IMG/VR virus record: IMGVR_UViG_3300028608_000014
Location: 1-62,294 of that record
Origin: a virus
Lineage: Duplodnaviria; Caudoviricetes
DNA: 62,294 bases
Strand: one strand, 5' to 3'
Every line of letters begins with the position of its first letter. The first letter of the stretch is position 1. The position numbers were made by a program, and so were the translations under genes. Below the pieces are notes generated by a model. The model searched no databases and had not been told where the DNA came from. It was given only the letters and a program-made list of their open reading frames with translations. This document shows, piece after piece, positions 36,401-44,779 of the stretch.

Positions 36401-38195
36401 GTTGGGCGTTGGCTCCGGAGGCCGCCGTCGCAGCCGCCGAGTGCCGCCCCAGCGCTGCGCTGGAGGCGTTGGACTGGCCGGAGAGCAGTGTGAAGGTCCG
36501 GCCCAGTTCTTTGAGGACACCGGAGAGGGACATGGCCGAGACGACGGCGCGGTTGCCCGCCATCTGCTGGAAGCCGATCAGCCCGGCCAGGACGAACGCC
36601 TGCGCGGCCTTGAAGCCGAGGAACACGGCGGTCACGGCCGCGAAGCCCAGCAGGAGCGCGATCAGCCCGCCCACCAGCGGAACCTGGCGGATCAGGTCAT
36701 CGAGCCCGTTGGCCAGCCCTGCCACGATGTCGATGACCGCCGCCAGGGGTGCCAGGGAGGCCCCGCCCACGGAATCCGCCAGGTTGGACCAGGCGTTGGC
36801 CAGCTTCTGCAGCTTGGCGATCACGGTGTCAAAGACCGGCTTGGCCATCTGGTCCAACGCGGTTCCCTCGGTGAAGCCCTTGTCGGCTGCCTTCATCGAA
36901 AGGGCCAGTGTGTCGTAGCCGACGGCGAGCTTGGTCAGCGCGGAGACGTCGCGGGAGGCCTTGATGCCCATCGCGTCGAACGCAGCCGTCTTCTCGGCGC
37001 TGGAGAGGCCATGCAGCCCCTCGATGACCCTGTTGAAGAACTCGGACGGGTCAGACTCCCACAGGGCCTTTGCCTGCTCGCCGGAGAGATTGCCGATGAC
37101 TTTGCCGTAGGTCTCCAGTTCGGGGGCACCCTCGGCGGCGAGCCGGTTGATCTGGCCGAACACACGGGTCAGGGTGCCCCGGGCGAGTTCGGGCTGGACC
37201 CGCACCGAGGCAAGCGCGGCGGCCAGGCCGATGGTCTGCTCGGCGGTCATCCCGGCATTCGCGCCAAGGGAGCCGATCTGGTTCATCATCGAGGCAATTT
37301 CCGGATCGGTGGCCACCGTCTTGGCACCGACGTAGGCGATGGCCGAGCCCACCTTGTTGAAGAAATCCGGGATCGTCCTGTCCGGGTTGAAGCTGGATTC
37401 CAGGCGGCCGAACAGCTGGGCGGACTGGTCCGCGCCGATGCCGGTCACGGCCACGAACTTGGCGGCGGTCTCGGTAAAGGCCGAGAGCTGATCGTTGGCG
37501 ATGCCCATCTGCGCGCCGAGTTGGGTGATCCGGGTCAGCTCCGCGAAGCCCACCGGGATGTCGCGGGCGATGTCCTTGATGGAGTTGCGCAGTTCCAGGC
37601 CGCCATTGGTCAGATCCTCGGTCACACGCAGCACCTGGGCGAAGTCGCGCTGATAGGCCATCGACACGGCGGCGGTGGCAGCCGGGACGGCCATGAGCGC
37701 GCCGGAGAGGATGCCGAGGGTGGCCCCGACGTCGTACATCATGTACCGGGTGTTGGACAGACTCTCGGTCATTCGCCGGTTCGCGTCGGCAGCGTTGGCG
37801 GTGGTACGGGCGGCACGTTCCTGGATGGCCGCGGTGCGGGCGTCGGCGGTAGCCCCCTGGGCCTTGGCCTGGTTCTTGCGGGCCTCGAACATCGCCGTCT
37901 TGGCGGCTTCCTGGTTGGCCTTGGCGTCGGCGGTGGTTTTGATCGCGGTGGCGCGGGCGGCGGAGACCATGTTGGCGGCTTCATCCTTGGCCGCCGCCGC
38001 GTTCTGCCGCCGCGCCGCCGCCAGCGCCGTCATCTTCCCGGCGGCCTCTGCGATATTCGTTTTGGATTCGTTGAGGGTCTTGTTGAAGTCCCGGAATTGC
38101 GCGGCGTTTTCCTTGACCTCCGCTTTGAGGTTGCGCAGGTTGTTTACCGCGTCCGCTGTGGAAATTTCCACCTTTGCGTCAAACGAGCCTGCCAA
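33474..38195 (-). CDS. tape measure protein
   Basis: 1573 aa, Ala-rich helical, TM segments, follows the tail chaperones. Confidence 0.95.
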   Translation of the reverse strand: MAGSFDAKVEISTADAVNNLRNLKAEVKENAAQFRDFNKTLNESKTNIAEAAGKMTALAAARRQNAAAAKDEAANMVSAARATAIKTTADAKANQEAAKTAMFEARKNQAKAQGATADARTAAIQERAARTTANAADANRRMTESLSNTRYMMYDVGATLGILSGALMAVPAATAAVSMAYQRDFAQVLRVTEDLTNGGLELRNSIKDIARDIPVGFAELTRITQLGAQMGIANDQLSAFTETAAKFVAVTGIGADQSAQLFGRLESSFNPDRTIPDFFNKVGSAIAYVGAKTVATDPEIASMMNQIGSLGANAGMTAEQTIGLAAALASVRVQPELARGTLTRVFGQINRLAAEGAPELETYGKVIGNLSGEQAKALWESDPSEFFNRVIEGLHGLSSAEKTAAFDAMGIKASRDVSALTKLAVGYDTLALSMKAADKGFTEGTALDQMAKPVFDTVIAKLQKLANAWSNLADSVGGASLAPLAAVIDIVAGLANGLDDLIRQVPLVGGLIALLLGFAAVTAVFLGFKAAQAFVLAGLIGFQQMAGNRAVVSAMSLSGVLKELGRTFTLLSGQSNASSAALGRHSAAATAASGANAQLATSTVATAGAMGTGTSRVGKFASGLLAMTGGPIGIAIGALAVLAGGFLNASMEAQAAGKTIAEAMQAGAESGRYAVAKALNERKVQLSISEGDISFERLNQSVTEVARSVGVSFEDIVDAVSGGTESAAKFQAKMDELKGKAGFDKGKVDAYGWLGRVAKEMAESEKSAAEGLKDVEAAAPKAGSAAADLPEDFETAKTAIEKMDDALKALNDTIFGTLNAETKLQGSMAKIGEGLGKSGAFDTRSEGGRTNIENLEEGLQSARDYYKNLMDKDMATAQQAAQGYAQFVDALIAKIRATGGDPTPIVAMANQTKAVFEAAIGGRPVTIPVKTDPTQVTAVARDTRTAAQILLDQVAPTLKVGADSSEAKTEVLRLASYLATITGWDYNVVVNALTDPASEKGKQLQKLIVSITDDTYTADVNADTTAAIANVKNFSTYAKQELAQLQKEYDYAFRTGGDNQAGGFFKGSSNLALGRDWYGNGPTSTRPGMVSTTVAAPKQVKTKQEADLAMPGLNLDAVADGYKKVQDAAEKARKKNEEVWQDMGDGIDEATSKINDYANRLKTGLMSAFDKQYGMVSATDAYHSALNAITKKHEEELQQLSDMKEKVKELNNERNKDLIDANKAKIEQRISLKYGETDRAMDYGNQAQTALDAAAAKQKDIDATNKQSRELADGIGKLTGFSQAAIDNRAALRDLETKMIDMVVAYANTGASVDQVRAKAAQLTAQFQTDVGQMGLNMGAVAGMQGSMERYIGVVNRVPFLKPTKVEADTEEATGKLEALGALFDGLTTPRHGSITVDVKTGTVEKIPGYFLGADEKNGGQQVYRVSVDGKDTGQRLYNRGGQVRAFASGGLVPGRPPQNPRADNMMAQVDGKGLIKVRSREFIQPEEAVDYYGPDFMEAIRTLSLPKFNLGGSPSGASGTGYGMPSIVGLDAETLSFLASLKQEIRLYADSRELATSVNDGNRQLAAEGRNR

Positions 38196-38234
38196 AATAA
38201 CACCGCCAATTCCACCGGGTAATGAATCATCCCC

Positions 38235-38254
38235 AGTCTATCAATTGGTGGTTT
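38235..38254 (-). promoter_or_regulatory. Late-type promoter AAAC-N7-TGA-TAGACT
   Basis: Variant of the motif shared by the structural-gene leaders. Confidence 0.55.
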
Positions 38255-38304
38255 TGTGCCCTGTAAATAGTAAATGCAGCCCCATCAATTGATAGGGCTG
38301 CATT

Positions 38305-39473
38305 TCAGGCGACGGCCGTTTGTTTTTCCTTTTCCCGCGCCGCTTTCAGCGCGGCCTTGCGCAGCTTCGCCGCATAGAAATCCGAGCGGCCCGGCAGCTC
38401 CTCGTGACCTTCGGCCGGGACGGCGCGCACCGTGTACCGTTCGCCGGGGCGGGGCTTGCGGTCCTTGCCCTGGTCATCAGCGTGCTTGCACGAGTAGCAG
38501 ATGTGCAGATCTTCGGTGAAGCCGACGGCCGAGTCCTCCGAGTAGGCGTACCAGATGGGCACACCGCAGGAGGGGCATTTCTCCTCGGTCAGCACCTGCA
38601 CCGCATGCGCGAGGGCGTAGTCCGCCGGGTGGTGCTCACGCGGGTCTTGGGCATTGCGGAGGATCGCGGACGGAGACCAGCCCCACGCCTGCGCCGTCTT
38701 CACCATCGCGACGTACTCGCGGTTGCGCGGCCAGGTCAGGGCTTCGACAAAAAATCCGCGTCCTGCTCGATGGCCCGGTTGAACAGGGTGTGCGCGAAGG
38801 ACAGATCCTGCATCTTCAGCCGGAGCTTCTCGTACTCGGTCTCCAGCAGGATCTCGTGCAGGCCTTCGACGTCCGGGGCCTTCCAGACCTTGGAGTCCAC
38901 CTCGCCCTTGGCGTTCTCCACTTTGACGATGGCGGCGGCGATGCACTCGAAGTTGACCAGGTTGTTCCGGGCCATGTTCCGCTCGAAGACCTCCAGCTCG
39001 TACTCCTCCTGGCCATCCTCATCCTGGGGGTAGTTCTTCCGGGCCGGGGGCTTGATGGCCTTGCGGCATTTCTTGTCGATCAGCTCGACCAGTTTGGGGG
39101 CCACGCCGCGCATGTGGAAGATCAGCGCCGTGGCGTTGACCTGCCCGATGAGCCGGGCCACCTTGGCTTCCGCCTCGCCGGCCTCCTGCTTTTTGGCCTC
39201 GGCTTCGGCGAGCTTGTCAGCGTAGCCTTCCGGTTCGGCAATGCTGGACTCCGCCTGCAGCATTGCCTCGGCCTCCTTGAATGCCCGCTCGGACTCCCAG
39301 CCGAGCCGGGCGGCCTCCTCGGCTTCGAGGTTCATGGTGTGCGCGAGGGCGGCGTTGATGCGCACCACCACCTTGTCGGCGGGGTAGGTCTGTCCCGACA
39401 GTGCCTGCTGGACGTCGAACGTTGCCGGGGATTTCAGTTCCTCGGCGGCGGCGACTGCGGCGTCAATGCTCAT
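38305..39473 (-). CDS. tail assembly chaperone, -1 frameshift (G-T) product
   Basis: Slippery GGATTTTTT at 38749-38757; the -1 frame continues FVEALTWP... to 38305. Confidence 0.75.
38736..39473 (-). CDS. tail assembly chaperone (G)
   Basis: Between the major tail and tape measure genes; ends DADFLSKP. Confidence 0.85.
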   Translation of the reverse strand: MSIDAAVAAAEELKSPATFDVQQALSGQTYPADKVVVRINAALAHTMNLEAEEAARLGWESERAFKEAEAMLQAESSIAEPEGYADKLAEAEAKKQEAGEAEAKVARLIGQVNATALIFHMRGVAPKLVELIDKKCRKAIKPPARKNYPQDEDGQEEYELEVFERNMARNNLVNFECIAAAIVKVENAKGEVDSKVWKAPDVEGLHEILLETEYEKLRLKMQDLSFAHTLFNRAIEQDADFLSKP

Positions 39474-39490
39474 GTGTGCCCCTATAGGTC

Positions 39491-39522
39491 TGTAGCCCGG
39501 TAGATTTTTCTACCGGGCTACA
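39491..39522. repeat. Perfect 14-bp hairpin after the major tail genes
   Basis: TGTAGCCCGGTAGA-TTTT-TCTACCGGGCTACA. Confidence 0.8.
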
Positions 39523-39537
39523 GCTTACCAAACAGGG

Positions 39538-40059
39538 TTATGCGACTACCGTGCGGTTGAGGTAGAACTCGCCCTGCGCGCCGAACTCGATCTCGACGCG
39601 GTTGGGGGCACCCTTGTCGCCGTCCAGCTCGCGCACGAAATCGTTGATGAACCGGAACACGGAGACCTCCTGCCCGACGGCGTAGGCCACGGTCTTCTTG
39701 TGGCCGAAGCGCTTGACCAGCCAGCCCTCGACGCGGCCGTCCTTCCACAGCTCGAAGGCCGTGGTGAAGATGGTGGCGTTCTCGGGGGCGGCGTTGCTGC
39801 CGGAGCCGATGTCATCCTTGAAGATGGTCAGCAGACCCTCATAGTTGCCGATGGTGGGCGTTTCCCGGTTGCCGTCGTCACCGATGGTCTTGGAGTCGTC
39901 CGTGTCCGAGGCCGTGGCACCGAGCTTGTAGCCGGGCTCGATGGCGTCGGTGAGGTTGGTGGCCAGGTTCAGCTCGGACGCCTTGGGCGCACCGGGCGTG
40001 GTGAGTCCGGCAACCGGAACCCAGTCGATCCGGATGTTCGGGGGGAGCATTTTCGTCAT
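39538..40059 (-). CDS. major tail protein (paralog 2)
   Basis: APKASEL...GYKLG...NYEG...GWLVKRFG...GQEVSVF. Confidence 0.85.
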   Translation of the reverse strand: MTKMLPPNIRIDWVPVAGLTTPGAPKASELNLATNLTDAIEPGYKLGATASDTDDSKTIGDDGNRETPTIGNYEGLLTIFKDDIGSGSNAAPENATIFTTAFELWKDGRVEGWLVKRFGHKKTVAYAVGQEVSVFRFINDFVRELDGDKGAPNRVEIEFGAQGEFYLNRTVVA

Positions 40060-40070
40060 GTCAGATCTCC

Positions 40071-40574
40071 TTAGACCAGAGCCTTGAACAGCGCCATGCT
40101 GGCCTGCTGCTTGAAGTCCACAGTGAACCGGACGGGGGCGGAGGCGTCATCGACGTCCTGCGGGTTGTCGGGGATGAACCGGAAGGAGGAAACCTCCTGG
40201 CCGGCCGCCGGGGCGACGTCACGGGTGTAGCCGACCCGGCGCACCAGGTAGCCCTCCTGCTGGGCCTCGGTGCCGTCCTTGAAGAAGTCCCAGGCCTTGG
40301 CGAAGTCGGTGGTGGTGGCCGCCAGGTCGCCTTCGCGGAACATCGTCAGCGAGCCCTCGTAATTGGGGAGCGTGAACGTGTCGGTGTTGGCGTTGTCGCA
40401 GATCGTGGAGGAGTTGTCCACGTCGGACTTGACCGGCCCGAGCTTGTAGCCCTGCTCGATGGCGCAGCTGATGTTCCGTGCGGCGGTCAGCAGCGCAGCC
40501 TGCGGTGCGTCAGGGTTGTACGTCGGATCTGTGACCCACCAAATGCTGGTGCGGCCCGACATCTGCTTTCCCAT
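40071..40574 (-). CDS. major tail protein (paralog 1)
   Basis: ISCAI..GYKLG...NYEGSLT...GYLVRRVG...GQEVSSF. Confidence 0.85.
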   Translation of the reverse strand: MGKQMSGRTSIWWVTDPTYNPDAPQAALLTAARNISCAIEQGYKLGPVKSDVDNSSTICDNANTDTFTLPNYEGSLTMFREGDLAATTTDFAKAWDFFKDGTEAQQEGYLVRRVGYTRDVAPAAGQEVSSFRFIPDNPQDVDDASAPVRFTVDFKQQASMALFKALV

Positions 40575-40814
40575 TTACTTGACCCCTTCTTCCATGGCGG
40601 CTGCTTTCGCAGCGGCTGCGGCTGCGGACTTCGGAGACGGAGTGCGGTACTCGCCGTACAGTTCCATTTCTTCCTTGCGCCGGAGTTCGATGATCTGAGC
40701 CTCCGACAGCTCCTTAAAAAGGTCCGGGTAGATGGTATCCACATACCGGCGAGGGACCGTGGAAACTTTCGCCGTTTTTGTGTGGAGAGTCGTTACAAAA
40801 TCGCTGGCGGCCAT
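40575..40814 (-). CDS. hypothetical virion-module protein
   Basis: TAGGAG RBS; own promoter. Confidence 0.75.
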   Translation of the reverse strand: MAASDFVTTLHTKTAKVSTVPRRYVDTIYPDLFKELSEAQIIELRRKEEMELYGEYRTPSPKSAAAAAAKAAAMEEGVK

Positions 40815-40845
40815 GCAATTCTCCTAAAGTCTAATCACTCATTCA

Positions 40846-40865
40846 AGTTTAGCAGTTGGGCATTT
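40846..40865 (-). promoter_or_regulatory. Late-type promoter AAAT-N7-TGC-TAAACT
   Basis: Shared motif. Confidence 0.65.
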
Positions 40866-41293
40866 CAGGGATTCATAATAAAGCGGAACGCCTGCGCCGC
40901 CGAATAACGCGCAGGGTCCGCCAATGTGGAACTCTCACCGATTCCGGCAAAGAATGCAGGACGAATTTCCCCGCAGTTTGTCGGCTCGAAGCCGAGCAGT
41001 TTCTTCAGGAGCGCCGCATTCACGGCGCGGGCGCTGGCCTTTGTGCTCGCCACGGAATGCCCGCTGAATTGCTGGAGATACCCGTCAAGTTCCGCCCCGG
41101 CAATTCCCTGGTTCCCGTTCGGGGCCTCGGTAATTCCGGTGAAATCCAACACAATGTAGGGACGGATCTGGGTGGAGCCGGGGATAAGTTTGGGCTGCCA
41201 GCCGTCGGGCACACCCCCTTCGAAGACGTCGGCTCCGGGCGTCTCCCGGGCGCGGGCCATGATCTGGTTGATGGTGGCGTTCGGGTCAATCAC
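40865..41293 (-). CDS. tail terminator
   Basis: VFEGGVP...RPYIVL; synteny. Confidence 0.7.
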   Translation of the reverse strand: MIDPNATINQIMARARETPGADVFEGGVPDGWQPKLIPGSTQIRPYIVLDFTGITEAPNGNQGIAGAELDGYLQQFSGHSVASTKASARAVNAALLKKLLGFEPTNCGEIRPAFFAGIGESSTLADPARYSAAQAFRFIMNP

Positions 41294-41706
41294 TGTGCCT
41301 TCAGTCCATTCAGGGTCAGGGTGCGGAGCATGGCGGTGTGCGCGGCCTGCAGTGCGTGCATCGGGGCGACGGTGACTGCACCCTTCGTGAAGCCCTCCTC
41401 TTGGAGCAGGAAGTAGCCTTCCTTGATGTTCAGCCAGCCCGCGCGCAGGGTGATGGTGTTGCCCCGGCGCTCGACCTTGGAGTCCAGGGACTGGTTCATC
41501 TTGAACGTCCAGTTGCGGTTTGGCTTGCCTGGGCGCAGCCCGGAGGGGGTGTTGTCGATGGTGTCGTGCGCCGCCTGCTCGCCGTCGATGGCCGCCGTCA
41601 GCGCCACGTCCTGGATGTCTTTGAGCAGGTGGTTCTCGTAGCCCCGGATCGCGCCCAGCAGCCCGTCGGTGACCTCCTTGTGGCCGATCAGCCCGGTCGC
41701 CGGCAT
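41290..41706 (-). CDS. neck / tail-completion protein (HK97 gp10-like)
   Basis: YFLLQEEG...PMHAL; synteny. Confidence 0.65.
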   Translation of the reverse strand: MPATGLIGHKEVTDGLLGAIRGYENHLLKDIQDVALTAAIDGEQAAHDTIDNTPSGLRPGKPNRNWTFKMNQSLDSKVERRGNTITLRAGWLNIKEGYFLLQEEGFTKGAVTVAPMHALQAAHTAMLRTLTLNGLKAQ

Positions 41707-42161
41707 CAGGAGCCCTGCTTGGCCGAGGTGCGGCAGACCAGGTTCATCACCCAGTCGAAGGAGGAGCCCGCGTCGCCGTGCACGTAGTAGATCTGCCCTT
41801 CCAGCGAGGGGTTGGCCGGGTTCTCCAGCACCACCACACGGTCCCCGGACTGGTAGTTCGGGGCGGTCTCGGGGGCCAGCTCGTTGTCCTCCGGCTCCAG
41901 CGGGATCTGCACCTCGATGACCTGGTTGTCGGCGGCGTCGAAGACGAAATCCCGGCGGGTCGGCCGGGCCACCTTCTCGATGGCCGCCCTGCCCTGGTAC
42001 AGCGGCAGCACGTCGCCCTCGCTCACGGTCCCGGTCTCGGGGTCGTAGACGCCCTCGGTGCCGACGCGCTCGATTCGGACCCGGGAGAGGTGCAGGGACT
42101 TCGCCGTGGCCCGGTGGTGGGTGAGGAAGCGGGGGTGGATGGCGGAGCGGCTCAGCGCCAC
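41706..42161 (-). CDS. head-to-tail stopper (DUF6093-like)
   Basis: YDPETG...LYQGRA...GDRVVV; synteny. Confidence 0.7.
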   Translation of the reverse strand: MALSRSAIHPRFLTHHRATAKSLHLSRVRIERVGTEGVYDPETGTVSEGDVLPLYQGRAAIEKVARPTRRDFVFDAADNQVIEVQIPLEPEDNELAPETAPNYQSGDRVVVLENPANPSLEGQIYYVHGDAGSSFDWVMNLVCRTSAKQGS

Positions 42162-42568
42162 AGGATCACCTCGCCCCCGCCGTACTCAAAGAGATCCCAC
42201 TGGGACACCGGGTCCTGGAAGTCCACGATCTCCACGGCAGACTCGGCGTCCAGTTCCTCGGCTTCCTGCCGGGCGCGGGCGCGCAGCGCGGCGGCGTGCA
42301 GCCGGATCGCGTTGGCCACGGACGCGCCGTCGGTCTGGACCGACTCGGAGCGCAGTTTCTTGGAGACGTAGGCCTCGTTGGTGGCCAGGACATCCAGCGC
42401 GTCGGCAGCCGCGTATTTGACGTTCGCGGCATTGATCGTCAAATAGCCGCCGATAAAACCGTCCGAGAAAATGTATTCCCCGCCGTGGTCCTGAATGGTA
42501 TCCCCGATGAGAAGGCGCACCTGCCCGACGGGTGAATTGGGGTCTGCGGGAAAAACGTCTTCGGCCAT
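42152..42568 (-). CDS. head-to-tail adaptor
   Basis: GQVRLLIGD...FSD..I...AAADAL pattern. Confidence 0.8.
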   Translation of the reverse strand: MAEDVFPADPNSPVGQVRLLIGDTIQDHGGEYIFSDGFIGGYLTINAANVKYAAADALDVLATNEAYVSKKLRSESVQTDGASVANAIRLHAAALRARARQEAEELDAESAVEIVDFQDPVSQWDLFEYGGGEVILWR

Positions 42569-42574
42569 AAAGCA

Positions 42575-42594
42575 ATTCTACCAATTGGCAATTT
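42575..42594 (-). promoter_or_regulatory. Late-type promoter AAAT-N7-TGG-TAGAAT (leaderless start)
   Basis: -10 lies 6 nt upstream of the ATG. Confidence 0.65.
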
Positions 42595-42597
42595 CAC

Positions 42598-42669
42598 AAA
42601 AACGGAGGCGGCCGACGGGGAGCAACCGTCGAACCGCCTCCGCTGCGCTACACACAACCACAGGAGCAA
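42598..42669 (-). ncRNA. Candidate anti-RBS small RNA A
   Basis: Extended -10 TGA-TAGAAT at 42674-42682; tail and loop complementary to CTACACA..AGGAGCA RBSs; terminator hairpin with U5. Confidence 0.5.
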
Positions 42670-42692
42670 GATAATTCTATCAGCCCCGGAAT

Positions 42693-42911
42693 TTAGTCAA
42701 CAAAGCCGATGTGCACCGTTTCAGTGCGGGCGTAGAGTTCGCCGTCCTTGCCCATTTCGACCACCTTGTTGGTGCCGTTGAAGATGAAATTCTCCAGTTC
42801 CACGCCGTCATAGGTGACGGTCATGGACCGCGCCCGGTTGGGGTCAATTCCAAGCTGCCGGAATGAATCCATTAGCGCCGTGCGGGAAATCAATTCAGGG
42901 GTTTTTGTCAT
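42693..42911 (-). CDS. hypothetical protein (MTKTPEL...)
   Basis: 72 aa, after the capsid terminator. Confidence 0.65.
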   Translation of the reverse strand: MTKTPELISRTALMDSFRQLGIDPNRARSMTVTYDGVELENFIFNGTNKVVEMGKDGELYARTETVHIGFVD

Positions 42912-42934
42912 TGCTCGGTCCTGTCCGGCCGCGA

Positions 42935-42969
42935 GAAAGCCCCGCCGAGATGTTCTCATCGGCGGGGCT
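42935..42969 (-). terminator. Terminator after the major capsid gene
   Basis: AGCCCCGCCGA...TCGGCGGGGCT followed by TTTC. Confidence 0.65.
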
Positions 42970-42985
42970 ATCCTCGATCAGCCTG

Positions 42986-44155
42986 TTACGGGGTGTTGAA
43001 CTGGCTCGGTGCCGCTGCCGCCTCGGTGCCCTTGGAGGCCAGGAGAGCCTGGCCGTTGAGGAACGCGCCGGAGACAACGTGCCTGATCCTGTACTCGATG
43101 GAATCGTTCAGCAGCGAGCCTTCCAGGCCCGGGACTTCCCCGCCGCCGATGTACTTGCCGGTGTCCGAGGAGATCCGCAGGTCCGGGCGTTCGTTGTTCT
43201 GCAGGAACGCCACGGCGAGGGACTTGCGGGTGCCGTCGAAGCCCTTGTCCGGCACCAGGTACCAGGTGGTGCCCGCGCTGGCGGACTGGTCGATTTCCTC
43301 CAGCCAGTCGCTGGAGGTCAGTGCGACGTCGGAGTTGGAGGTCTTGGCCTTGACCTCCGTGGTGTTGCCCGCGTTCCGGATGGTCAGTTCCTGGATGCCC
43401 AGGATGTACTCGGCCTGGTCCCGCATGGAGGTGGGGACGATGAGGCGGAACCTCGGGACGGAGACCTTGCGGCCGTTGACCCGGCGGGCGCGGATCGCCT
43501 TCTTGGCCAGCACCAGCGCGTCCAGGGACAGCTTGTATTCCTTGTTGAACAGTGTGCCGGTGGCGTTCAGGTTGCCGTTCTCGGTGCGGAACGTGGTGGC
43601 GTTGGGGCCGGTCTTGGAGACCAGGATGCCGTAGGCCTGGGTGTCCTCGGTGCGGGAGGCGTAACGGACCAGCTCGCCGGGGATCTGCGAGATGGTGTTC
43701 CACTCATCGTTGATAACCATCTCCCAGCCGAAGCCGAAGCGGGCACCTTTCTTGGAGAGCGCCACACCGGCAGCGGAGGTCGTGAACCCGAACATCGGGT
43801 ACTCGGTGCCTTCAGGGATGTTCGGCAGCGAGCCGGGCATCGTCTCTTCGCCGCCGTTTTCAGTCAGCTGGATGTCGTCATCGAACAGCAGCTCGCGCAG
43901 GAACTGCGGGCGGAAGTCGGTGAACGTCAGCCGGGTGGCGAAATCCGTCCACGTCGGGGTCAGCTGGGCATACTGCGCCTGCAGCTTCTGCGTGGTGCCG
44001 ATCTGGAATGCGGCGGCCAGGTCCGAGCTGGCGAAGGACTCGGTGATGTAGGCGGAGCCGTCCACCACCGCCTTGATGCGGCCCTGGGCGGCGCGGTCGC
44101 CTTCAAGAGCGGCACCGAAGATCTTTCCAGCTTCCTGGATGGTCTGAATACGCAT
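42986..44155 (-). CDS. major capsid protein (Mu gpT-like HK97 fold)
   Basis: SSDLA...DFRP...IPEGTEY...K.G..F..WEMVIND...LIVP...TWYL. Confidence 0.9.
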   Translation of the reverse strand: MRIQTIQEAGKIFGAALEGDRAAQGRIKAVVDGSAYITESFASSDLAAAFQIGTTQKLQAQYAQLTPTWTDFATRLTFTDFRPQFLRELLFDDDIQLTENGGEETMPGSLPNIPEGTEYPMFGFTTSAAGVALSKKGARFGFGWEMVINDEWNTISQIPGELVRYASRTEDTQAYGILVSKTGPNATTFRTENGNLNATGTLFNKEYKLSLDALVLAKKAIRARRVNGRKVSVPRFRLIVPTSMRDQAEYILGIQELTIRNAGNTTEVKAKTSNSDVALTSSDWLEEIDQSASAGTTWYLVPDKGFDGTRKSLAVAFLQNNERPDLRISSDTGKYIGGGEVPGLEGSLLNDSIEYRIRHVVSGAFLNGQALLASKGTEAAAAPSQFNTP

Positions 44156-44170
44156 TGGTGGGTGCCTTCC

Positions 44171-44590
44171 TTACGCGCCGTCAGCGACGATGCCGCCGTT
44201 GAGGATCTTGACGTTGACGGGGCCGAGCGCGGCACCCTTGGCACCGAGGGCAGCGCCGAACAGCTTGGTGCCGGCAGCTGCAGTAATCTGCAGGGAACTG
44301 TCGGAGGTCTTGATGTAGACCGGAGTGCCGTAGGCGGTGACTCCCGTGACATTCAGAATGGCCGAGCCCTTCAGGGCAGCGGAGGCAAAGCCGGGCTTGT
44401 TGCCGATGCCGCCGGAGGGCTGGGTCTGGGTCACGCCGTAGCCGACGTCGATGGTCTGCGTGGCAGAGCCTTCATCGGTCACGGTGACGGCATTCAGAAT
44501 GCCCACGCGGACAGGGGAACCGGCGCGGGTGCCCGAAGGGACCGGAAGCGAAAGGTATTCCGCTTCCTTGAAAACAAAGTTCTTAGCCAT
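44171..44590 (-). CDS. capsid decoration / cement protein (DUF2190-like)
   Basis: MAKNFV...SG..V.VG...VAVT-like N-terminus; directly upstream of the capsid gene. Confidence 0.7.
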   Translation of the reverse strand: MAKNFVFKEAEYLSLPVPSGTRAGSPVRVGILNAVTVTDEGSATQTIDVGYGVTQTQPSGGIGNKPGFASAALKGSAILNVTGVTAYGTPVYIKTSDSSLQITAAAGTKLFGAALGAKGAALGPVNVKILNGGIVADGA

Positions 44591-44636
44591 TTGCCATAAG
44601 CCTTTCAGAGGTAGGACGTCCTACATCATTAATTCA

Positions 44637-44656
44637 ATAATAGCGCATTTGCATTT
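44637..44656 (-). promoter_or_regulatory. Late-type promoter AAAT-N10-TATTAT for the capsid operon
   Basis: Same spacing as the other late promoters. Confidence 0.55.
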
Positions 44657-44779
44657 GCGCCTAAGCGGGGAATAGGGCGGGGTATTCGCCTCGGACAATT
44701 GCTCGCTGGTAAATACCCCGCCCTTGCCGCACTGCCCCGAAAGACCGCCTGCAGCGGGCGAGATATGACCACCTCCCGG

